A DNA stretch of 64,000 nucleotides from Antedon mediterranea (taxonomy: Eukaryota > Animalia > Echinodermata), in contig NC_092670.1 in NCBI RefSeq assembly GCF_964355755.1, forward strand, positions 30,926,388 to 30,990,387, in the 5' to 3' direction. The first letter of the stretch is position 1; every line of letters starts with the position of its first letter. Below, piece by piece: positions 40,601 through 52,600 of this stretch. The notes under the pieces are model-generated. The model was not told the origin of the DNA. It did no database searches and worked only from the letters and a program-made list of their open reading frames with translations. The position numbers and the translations under genes were made by a program.

Positions 40601-43600
40601 TTTAGCTTTTTGCTTATTTTATTTGTATCTCCATTGAGATCTTGCAACTGATACCCACAGCGGTGTCATTTTTTAAGTCACCTGCCTTTGTATTTGTTTC
40701 CGTAATTTGATTTCATTTGTTTGTTTCTTTTCTATGTAGCTTAGAAATAAATACAATACTGTGATTATATATTTTAGTACAGAATTGATGATATTGTTTG
40801 TTATACAGTAGTATTTAAATTGTCTTAAACTCCTTTAGATTTCCTTACAATATTTTATTTTTCCGTCTGGAAAAAATCCAAATATCACATCTAAATATTT
40901 TGTTCGTTATGAAGGCTTGCATGATACTTACCAACTTGTTCACAGCCGATAACTTTGATTTTAAGTTCAACTGGAGTAACTTGCTGAAGAACTCGAATCA
41001 TAAGCTTTGCTGTTCGTTGAGGAAGAGGAAACTCAATGAGCACTGGTGTTGAATCATCAAAATTAGCAGCAAAGAACTAGAAAAAAACCATTTGTTTTAA
41101 TATTATGTCTAGATAATTTTACCTGACATAAAACTGCCTTTACCCTACAGTTAAGAGCATTAATTTTTATTTGTTGCTGTTTTGATTAGACAAATTTCTA
41201 AAAGCTCTGACTACACTATCAAATGTTATGTGACACAAAATGGTATGTGCCCATATATGGACAAAGTCATATAACAAGTCTTTAGGAGTGGAGGTTTTTT
41301 AATAAACTGAGAAAAATAATTGATGAAAAACTGTTTCCATATTTTAGAAGGTGCACTGAATGTACACAAGTCTTTTATTTAAAGTTCTGTCTACATTATT
41401 AATCTCGTTTGACAAAAAATATGATGTGCCCAAATATGGTAGCGATATTAGGTTATTGTGTCCATCGCATTTTTTCGTCACATAAAGTGTGATAGTAGAC
41501 AGATCATGTAGATTTAAACTTACATTTTGTTGTGTCTCACTGATTATGACAGATGGAATATTACCATCTTCTGTTAGGTACATAATCTGTATATTCTCCA
41601 CATATGCATTGCTTCCTGGTCCTCCCCCCATTACAACCAATCCTGTGACTGTGCTCAGATATTTTAGTGGGATGTCAAGCATGGGACCATCCTCAGTTGG
41701 ACTCCAGCCAGGTCCTGCACTGTCCACTAAGACAAAGTCAGGTACGGAATCAGCAACAGGGATATCTTGATCACAAACAACTATAAGAAAAAAGATTACA
41801 TTATTTAGATATGTTGAAAATATGTTGTTGATACAGTGTCACCTCAGTAAAAACATTGATAGTTTTAAAGTACTGTGTAAGAATGGTTTAACCAACTCTT
41901 AATCACACATCACCCACTTTAATCAATCTAGTAACTTATCTGAATACTTACGAACTTTCGTGAGTGGTTTAACCGTAGAACAGGACTGTTCATCACTCTG
42001 ATCAAAGCAATCGTAAATGCCATCACATCTTTCCTCGATTGGTATACACTCATGGAATTCCAAACACTGCCATTCATTCAAATCACAACCAATGTAGGGT
42101 GTGGTCACTGTGATAAAAACAAACACATCGTTAAAATAGTCATATTAACAGACTCTCTACAGTAGGACTCAACTTGAAAAATAGAAATCTCATTTGAAGT
42201 ACAAAAGGAGCCGATTTTGTTTGTACTACAGTCAAACCTACCAATACCAATCATCCTTGGGCTGGCCTAATGTTTGGTATTATAAATGTGTTTGTAATGG
42301 TAAAGCACATTTGTGACCTTTTGGATGATCTCAAGAATATTCTAGTTTTCAGAGAGTTTGTAGTTTTCAGAAAGTTTGATATTATATTAGGAGAGTTGTC
42401 TAAAAAAGAAGAACCGGAATATTATTGTCTAGTGCAAGGTGTCGAATTTTACTAACAACACAACAATTCATAATCCCAAATATTGGGTAATAATAGTGAT
42501 TTTATAAAATTGTAAAGTAAAAATAGGTTAAAACACTCTCTTAGAATATTACCTTTATAGTAATGCATAGAAATTAAAGATAGACACAATAAAATATTAC
42601 TTATCACAGGGAAAATTTTCATTAGGAAAATGTGATTATCCAAAACAACTGATCAATCTGAATTTGTAGTAGGACAAGTGTTGTATTGCGTTTCTGGCTA
42701 TACTATTAATAAATATGTAGGTACAGTAGGTATTTTGTAGGATTTGACTATGTTCCCTGCATCATCACCTAACATTGTCATACACCCCCAACTCTAACAA
42801 TTGTACTGTCCATAATAGGTGGTTATTGTCCTACATTCCATCTGTAGGATCACCTATGGTATACATACTCTTGAAGCAGTCTTGAGGGTGAACCAGGCAC
42901 ATTCCACCATCCTCGGCCTTTACTGCGCTGTCATCACAAAAGCAACTAGCGCACATTGGGTAATCACTTTCACATTCACCATCTACGAAGTTGCCATCAC
43001 AGTCCACATAACAAGTACACTCATCAGGACAGGGCCCTATTAAAAAATATGAACAATTTAATATGATGATGATAATACATTTAAAATGTAATACGAAAAT
43101 GGTAACATGGCAAAATATAGATGGTAATTGTGATATCATTTTGAAATTCCAATAAAATATAAAAATATAAAAGTCACGAAGTTTGCTACTTTTTAAAAGT
43201 AAATTATAGAAACAAAAATACATTTTGTTATTAAAATCAATTAACAATAGTTGACCAATCATTATGACAGTGTTTTGTTTAGATAAACAATAATCAAAAG
43301 GTAGTCACTCATACAAGTATAGTACCATATTATAGAAATTTTCATAAGATAGAAGAGTAAGTTAATACAGTATTTAGAATTCCTTAAATGTCACCAAACT
43401 GTTTTTGAAATTTAAAATTTTAGACTATCCTCACGATAAATTTAATGTACGTAAAATTATGGTACATAATAATTAGACAATAGATAATAATCGTAATAAT
43501 TTAAGACACATTAAAAGATGAAGAACATTTTATTGTATCCTAATGCCATTTAACATGGTACAGATTTGACACTGGGAACAACAGTACATCAGTCAGCAAT

Positions 43601-46600
43601 ATGAATTGAACCAAATTCAAAATGACAATACTGTACAATGACAATTCCTTTTTTGAGTGCTACTTACCATCACAGCCTATCTCATCACTACCATCTCCAC
43701 AGTCATCATGCTTATCACATAGTTGTGGCAGTGGGATGCAGGTGCCTTGCGTGTTACAGCTAAATTCGGTGGGTGCACAGGTTGGTTCTTCTACAAAAGA
43801 GAAAAACAAAACATATTATATTAGTAAGTAAAAATATATGTTTACTGCATCTCTAAAGAATGATTTGTTTTTGTAGGTAGTGTGAACTACATAAACCAAA
43901 CTAAATAAATTGGGCAAAAAATATGTGAAACACAAGCAATTGATCTATCACATGCACATGTTTGCTTCTAATTGGTCAAATTACTTCCATTCTGCCGTGT
44001 ATTTGTTATAGCTTAATGGCTGGATGAGTGGTATGATGTGTTATGATATGTTACAGTATGTTTTGTCCATGGAAATCCAAGAATAAATAGTGTGCAGGTT
44101 AGTAACAGTTTCTTGTTGATGAAGCTCAACTAATATAATAATAAACATCAGGAACATTTTCACCAGTGTAGAATAGCAAAAAGCTATACAGAACAACCTT
44201 ATTGCTACACATTTTGAAAATTGTGTAGCAAAAAATACAATACAAAACTATGTTTCTCGACTTAAAAATCAGTTTGATTAGCAATATTGCTAAACAAAAT
44301 TTTTAAATGAAATTTTTCCCTGAACATTTCTCCAATTTTTAAGTATGGACATTACAATATTATTTTTAAGTTAAAGAATTTAATGTACAGTTTTAACAAT
44401 CCTAAACAAAAATAAAAATTGTTTTAGACTTAATATTATAAATATGTCTGTCAATATCCTCAACTTTCCTTAATAGGCACCTAATCATTTGGCAGCTAGC
44501 CTAGGCGAGTCTATACTGCTAAATCTTCTACCTAGCACTTACCGCATGACTCTTCATCAGAATTGTCGCCGAATCCGCAATCATGTTCACCGTCGCAAAC
44601 AAAAGTATGTGGAATACATACACCATTGCTACAAAGAAATTCCAAGTCGTCATCACATGTATTGGGACCTGAAATCAGATTGAAAGAATGTTTTACACTA
44701 CAAACATATATAAACAACAACACCAATATGACATGCCAATTAATAATAATACTAGCCTAATAATTAATTAATAGAAATCTATTATTATTAGTATTAGGTG
44801 GGTGGAGATGTTGCCAAATTTAGTAGTCATCCTCTAGGTATAACCTACTGTACCATATTGTATCTAACTAGCCTAGACTCAGTCAGGGTCACATTCGACC
44901 GCTGTTGATGAGCGTTTTCGCAACTTAGGATTTAAGGGAAATATCTCACTTAAGTGTGATTGGTGAATACGGCCACTGGGCCTAAGGACTAGGCCGAGGC
45001 CTAGTTAAGCCTAGGCCTAGGCATAGCCTTATAATAGCTCAGTAGCTACGAAAATTCACTCTATCGCAGGAGGAAGTCTTAACTTTGACGACTGTCTATT
45101 TTAGCTCACTCAGGCCTAGGCCTAGACCTAGCCAAGAAAGTAAAGTAATTAGATATTTTACATCTTTACATTTGTAAAGTAAATAAAATCTGACATTTTT
45201 TGGCACTAAACAAAACTTTTTCAAGTTGTTTTGGTCTCAAGTTTCAACAAAAGTAATCCTAAAGAGGGCGCTATAACACTTAACTGTACACACAGAGCTA
45301 TGGCCCTATAACTAATATTGTTATGCATAGTAATAATAATTGTGTACAGTTAATTAATATTTGTCTAATGAAACTGTTTCAAAATGGAATTTATTTAGTT
45401 TCTTTTAGATAGATATAATGATTATTTTGAATAGGCATGGGCCATTAAAATTTTACATAATGATGTTTCACTTTTAAATAACAGAAATTGGATGGGAAAA
45501 AAAATTAACAGAAAAGTAGTTAAGCTAATAATGTTTCTGGTTATGTTTGATTTATTTTGTCTTTTTAAACAACCTGTATTTTTTTTTGGCAAAGGTGAAT
45601 AATATTCAAAGTTTAAAGTGTGTTCATCTTATTTGTCATTATTTGGGAAAAATGAACGTTAAAACACAACTTACCACATTGGAACTCATCTGATTCATCT
45701 GTACAATCCGGCATTCCATCGCATTTGTAATTAATGTTTATGCAATGTCCATTTCTACACGTGAATTCATTAACTGTACAGTTGTAGACTAAAAAAGAAC
45801 GAAGTCAAATATTAATATTACATTACAATTACACATTAATATAATTCAAACCTATTTGGTAGGACTACACCAGTAATTTTGCGGGGTGGGTGGGGGGGGG
45901 GGGGGTAGGAAAACATTTACATTAATATGTTCCCATTCCAGATTTTCACTGAATATAGATTGTCCTTAGTGTTAAAAGATAATTATAATGCTTATAGTTC
46001 GTTCCATGAAAAAGTGTCCGCCTAATAGGAGTGTCAATTGAATCATGTGTCACAAGTTATGGATTCTACAGTTTATATAGGATAATAAAAGGAATCTGTA
46101 TCTGTAACATACATTTTTCTTACATAAAACAAAAGAAATGTTCATCCTAGAACTAAAGAATAAAAATGTCCAATCAAATGACGTCATGATGAGTAGGAGC
46201 AATAAAATCGGCAAGATCAAATGGTTTGTCTCTGTGGCAGCGACAGGCACCGCGAGTCGCGGAATATATGTACATAATACAGTACTGTTGGTATTTTTCG
46301 CAGCCAGACCTAAGATCAAAGTGTGAAATCCTATCTTGGAAAGGGGAGAGCTCAGCGTCCTGTTGTTAGATTGAAATCGGTATCGGGAAGATGTTAAGTA
46401 TTGTTCCAAACGTGTTATTTTGTTGGATTTTATAAAATATTGTTTTTGATCAAAAGACAGCATATGTTATCCTATGGTTAATTTCTTAGGCCTGCGATAA
46501 TCTTACCACAATCAGTTTCATCACTAGAATCTCCACAATCCTCAGCAGCATCACAAGTCCATTCAACAGGGATGCATTTACCATTGTCACAACTGAACTC

Positions 46601-49600
46601 ATCAGGAGCACATGTCTCGATTCCTACAATAACAAATATATATGAATCATAGTATATACACGTACAAATACTGCAGCAAATAATTGTTTCAACAATAATG
46701 GAGAATGATTATATAAAGTAATTATGTTGTACTAAAAGCTTATCTTGTTGTATGAACATTCCAAAGTCCAACTTACCGAAACATGGATCTCCAAGACATG
46801 TTATGTTGCCATTCATGCATGTGCTGTAAATATTTATTTTGGGAACAAAACAAAGAATTAATTAATAAACCTGTACTGTTAAAAACTAAAAGAAAAGCAA
46901 TTCACTTGATTTTTGAAATTCTGAGTTTAGGTTCTATTGTCATTGTACACATGCGTTATGATTATATCGGAGATAATTAGGCCTAGGCCTACTTACCAGT
47001 TTTTACAATTGATTGAAAATGAACTTCCAGTGGGATAAATGACATTGTTATGTTCACATGGGCATTCTTCAGCAGGAACACATTCTTGGCCTGTCAATTT
47101 AAATCATAATTCAATGAAATCCTTGTGTTTTTGCAGTCATATTAAATTTATGCATTCTATACTCAATTGTAAATAGGTAATATATTCTGTAACGTACAAG
47201 ACTTAAACTTGGTCGGTTAATGGTTTTGTTTTATTTAGAATGTTTGATTATGGATAAAATAATTGTAAAAAATACGAAGTATCGAATGGATGTTTGACAC
47301 CGAGAATGAAGCGCTCTTGCAAATCTTATTCATTAATGTTGGAATGAAAGTAGTTAATTCTATAAAACATTATGATTGCTTCTTTAGGAAATCACTTTGC
47401 ATGTTTCCAATAAGCTTTCATGCTTACCTCGTAGTACCATTCCACTTGGACAGAAACAACCCTCCACACATCCAGTACAATACTCTTCTGGGATTGGATG
47501 TCTTTCGTCACACTTCTCCTGACACACAGGCCCACATGCCATGTATGTTGTACCGTAATCACATTGCATTGCTACATATAAGTAGGTGTTTAAATATGAA
47601 TATGAACATTGTAGTTAAGTCAGTATACAGTAGGCAGCCTATACCGATACCAAATGTATTGGCACTCTTTGATCTTGAAAATTATACTGATATTTAGTTA
47701 TAATTATAAATATCAATTATAACAGAAGACAGATAATAGGTCTCTGACTCATCACAAGTCTAACGTGTAAGTCTAAAGTATAGATGCCATCCATGTAAGA
47801 CGGAGGTAGGTTCTTCTTTCTTACTTATCAGAAATAATAGGCCTACATACCATATTTGTTGGTTATAACCGTTTGGTTGCTAATGAAAAATATATCAATA
47901 ACCAAAACCATTGAAACTTACGACATAGATCCTGTGATCTCCATCTAATGTAGATACCATGTTTGTTACACTGTTCAGCATATGCAGCAATAGCTGTACA
48001 CAAACATTCACAATCTCCGCCAAATGTACAGCTAAAAGTAACGATTTGTTTGGGTTTATAATTGTGAATGTATTTTGTGAAAATGTTTAATAATCATAAA
48101 AGCGACATACATTTTACAAGGCATATTAAAATCCATTGAAACTAAAACGTGTCTCGATATAGAGGCGCACTACAAAACAAGGTCTCAAAAGGTTTGACAG
48201 ATTCGTTCCGTTCGTTCTAAAAGTAAACATTGAATATTTACAAATTGTGTAGAGGATTTGAGGATAAATGATTAATATCAACAGAAATATCTAGCTTCAA
48301 ATTTACATCAAGCAAAACGTGTGCCGATATAGAGGGCGCACTACAATTTAAATATGCATAGCCATTATGCTCTGGAAATATGACACTTCTTTCAGTTTTC
48401 ATTTTTAATTCAATCAATCAAAGTAACATTTATTTCTCTTCTTGTCATTCATAGAAAATAAAAATTAACAGTAAATATGATAAAAAATAAGAGGGGAAAC
48501 ATTCCTAAAAAGCGAAGCTTGTATAAGGCAGCCCATTTAATTTATTTTACCATTTCAATTACTGAATATAAAAGATAACAACTTATTTGGGTGGATTACC
48601 GTAAGGGCAAAGCTCGTTTAAATTGCCGGTCATCCATTATTAGTTCAGTAACATTACAAGCAAAATGAAATCAGGACAAAGGTGCAATACCTAACAAGAA
48701 ATGTGAAACCTAAAACTGTCAGCACAAGTTGTGTAAATGACTTCAGTCTATTTTTTTCAATCTTATTCATTTATGATGTTGGTGTTTTAGTTTGGTTTCT
48801 TGTGCTAATGGATCAGATGTGATATGATTGTATCGGTATTTTCACTTTCGATATAATAATTATAATGATATTATACTTACGCGCATGCATCGTATTCACA
48901 CCATCTTATGAATATTTCTGGATCGACTGCGGTATGACACGGCTGAAAGAGGTCATGTCTCATGATATCACAACTCTTTTGGGCCCAAGTGAGCCTGTTG
49001 CGATTTACCTACAAAACAAAAATGAAATCCATAAAATGATACACGATTACATTAAATAAACTCCTTTACTAGGCGTAATAACCCGCGTTTTCACAACAAA
49101 AATAAGTTAAAATGAGCCTAACAATTGGATACAGCTTTTGTCAGATACTTTTGAAAATACCTTTTCCAGAAAATCATTTATCGAAAAAATTGCCTCTCGC
49201 ATACAAATCTGTATCAAGTTTAGTATTTTTCATTGTTGTCACAAGCGCTTTGAGCACTTTGTGGATATGTGCACCTTATCAATATCATTATCGCATATTT
49301 GCTTATCGCATTACACAAAAAAGCAAGTCAGTTCTCAACCTACCTCACAAGGGTCAGGGATAATATCAGAATTCACATCAATGCACATATTTTCTGAAAC
49401 CTTCCATGAATTAGCAAAGTTATCAGCCCTAGCTTCAATAACACCATCCTGGCTAAGAAAATCATTGTGGGCAATTCCATCGTAGTTACCACATAGACCT
49501 TCTACTTTACCATTATACTCGGGTTGAATTGTAATGTACAGTCTTGTAGCTGAAAATAAATTATGAAATGATAATACACGTCACTCTAACAAGTTTATTT

Positions 49601-52600
49601 TTTCTTCATAAGCTTAAAACACCTAAACGTAAATGTTTATTTTCATAACATTTCCGTTTCTATTAAATCGAATGTTTCATATGGACAGAAGATTCATAAG
49701 GTTGACTACTTCTATGTTGATATAATATAAAGTTAGCGGTACACCACGCATATTGGTTCTGAAAAGAACTGTTTTCCCGACGTTTCGATCAATATGCTTT
49801 GACGGCCCCAGGAGTGAGAATGTGTATTACTACTTATAGTTTTGATCCCAGAAACAACAAATCTATTTATAATGTGGTTAGTTTCTAAATTGCTTTGTAA
49901 TATTGGACGTGTTTGAAATAAATCAGTAAAAAGATAATGTTCTTGTTCTATTTTCCTAAAACAGCAGTTTACATTCAAAGTGCAGTGGTGTATTTTGCTG
50001 TGTTGGCTGTGTAGCCTATATACTAGCATTACTCTTCAAATGTTTCGATTCAAACAAAGGCCAGGTTAGGTGTTAGGATAGCGACAATGCAGTATGCACT
50101 TTTTAAAACTGATCAGTAAGAATAAAGAACCTACCTCCATCCCACATGATATCCAAACCAACATCTGAACGCAAAATAACGTACATTCCAGAGTAGTCCA
50201 ACCTCAGACTATTGTAAACCTTTGGTAGCTGTACGCCTAGGTCATTCACCAGAACTTCTCTTCCTCTGAGAAGTTCAACTGTAACGGACCCGATAGTGGC
50301 GTGGACTGACTTTGTGCAAGTAACACCTGCAGCACCACATGGTACGTTTTCAGCAGTAACAACAAAGGCATTGTCTACCTCTTTAGCCAATACATATCGA
50401 CAATTACCCATAAAAGAGTATTTTTTGCCGTCAAAGGTGATGTAATGAGGATCACCAGTGGCAATACATGTTCCTAAAATAAAGAAAAAACAATATGATT
50501 AGAATCCTTCATTAGTAGCATTAGTTTTATGAGATCAAACAAAAATAATAAACACAGTTTTTAAATATCAGTAAAGTAGTATTTACCTGAACATTTATGT
50601 TTTGTACAATCCCAGTGACGCCCACCGCAAACGCTGTTGAACACAACAATACATTTAAATATTAATAAAGAAATTAGTAACAACTATGCGAAAGAAATAG
50701 GCTTTGATCAGTTTTCTTCATTGCACATCAAGAGGAACGATCATTGGAATGGCTCAATTGGATGTTTAATTGTTTATGATTGAGTACAGAGTTAATTCAA
50801 TTGTGATAAAGGAATCAGTTAAATACAAGTTACTTACCATTCATTGCAATCTTTTTTTATTTTTTCTCCATTTTCATATCTCAAACCGTTATGCCTACAT
50901 GAACATTTATGTGGTTCAACGCATATATCATCCTTAAAAATGTAAGTATATTTTTAAATACATTAATAAATAATGGTACTAATTACCTATACACAATTTT
51001 CCTATTACTGACAGGTCACATGGTTGAATTTGTCTAGTTCATACCTTTACGGCCCCACAGAAAGTTATCTTAGGTTATGGGCCACACAAATATTTTGAAA
51101 GATCATCATCTTCTTTCACAACATATATATTTACTTTGTATACTTTTTGTACTTATTATTTTATTTATTTTATTTATTTTATTTTTGCAAATACTAACAA
51201 CACAAAATTTTATTTTAGTACTAAATGAGAAACGAGACAGAATGCTCATGTTGCCATTCCAACCAAGCCAGAACATACCAAAACAGGGTATTTATGTTTA
51301 AAACAATTGTTTAAAACATCTTTAAAATGTTTCAAACCTTCACACATAAAATGAATCTCTGGGATCAAAAATATCAATTTATAAAAATAATTATCAAATA
51401 TTCACGTCATTTTATCATTCCTCCTCATGATACTTACATCAAGGACAAGGCCTTCTGGACAGGTGCAACCAGGTGTGTATGATAATCTACAGGTGGGTTC
51501 CAAGTTAAAGTTTTCACACGTTTTTGGACATTGAGTTGTGAATTGCTGGAAAACTTGATTTTTTGGACATACTACATCTACGTCACAATCATTGTAGTCG
51601 CATTCGAATGTTCCGTTCAGACACGTGCTATAAAATCATTTTAGTAAAGAAAATCGTTGTTGTAAATTATTTTAGGCCTACATTCATAATTGTATTTTAT
51701 CTATTTCTTATTCTTATTTAGCCTCAAATAGTCATAATGTCAAATGTACTACAGTGCATCGGTCAACAACAGCTTATGACTGCAGACCAGTCGACGACCC
51801 AGCATCCAGACTGCTCTCCACATATGACATTTGGAACGGCCTCAGGAACATCATGGTTTGTATATTAATTGTATTGTAACTTTTAATAAACTAACAGATC
51901 TTTTTTGTTACCTTCTTCTAAAAAAAGGATTAGTGGTATCTTAAGTGATGTAATATCTATTTGCCTTGCACAGGTTAAATTTTCTAATTTGCTATTCTTG
52001 AGTTAAATATATGATAACGATACGTACCAATTCTGACATGGATGTTCGATTACACTCCTTGATGGATATGTCTTCCCATTATATACGCAGCTACATGCGT
52101 GATGCGGTACGCACTGTCCAGTAGAGTCCAACACTTTGCCTTCTTGACAGTTGCAACCAGCCACACATTGTTTGTATGAACAATCTGATTTGTATGTAAG
52201 ATCTGCGCATGAATGTTCACAAGCATTGCCACACTCTTGGTACTCTTGTCCGCCAACAGAACATGTCATTTCTACGAATATCAGATATAAGTACAATAAT
52301 TGTATGCGTTTATTAATGTGAATGAATTAAACAGGAATCTCAACAGCATATTTCGAATAAAGGAAGCATATTTTCAACTTACCACAATTGCTTTCACTGA
52401 GATCCTCATGTAACCTCCAGTCATGTACTGGTGTACCGGCAAGAGCACATTCTCTAGCATAAGCCGCTATTGATCCACATAGATCTACGTCATGGTCATT
52501 CCCACCACATACGTCATGCATACAGTTTTCATAGTAAAGATCAACCTCAACCAAACCATGACAAGCTTCAAAAACTGAAGACTTTAGAAAGCTACAATCG

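Noticed and set aside
44116-44130. TTGATGAAGCTC as another hammerhead
   Set aside because: No closing stem II or GAAA downstream.
45882-45908. G-run with G-quadruplex potential (also 5295-5311 and within the Helitrons)
   Set aside because: Simple homopolymer tracts with no supporting context.
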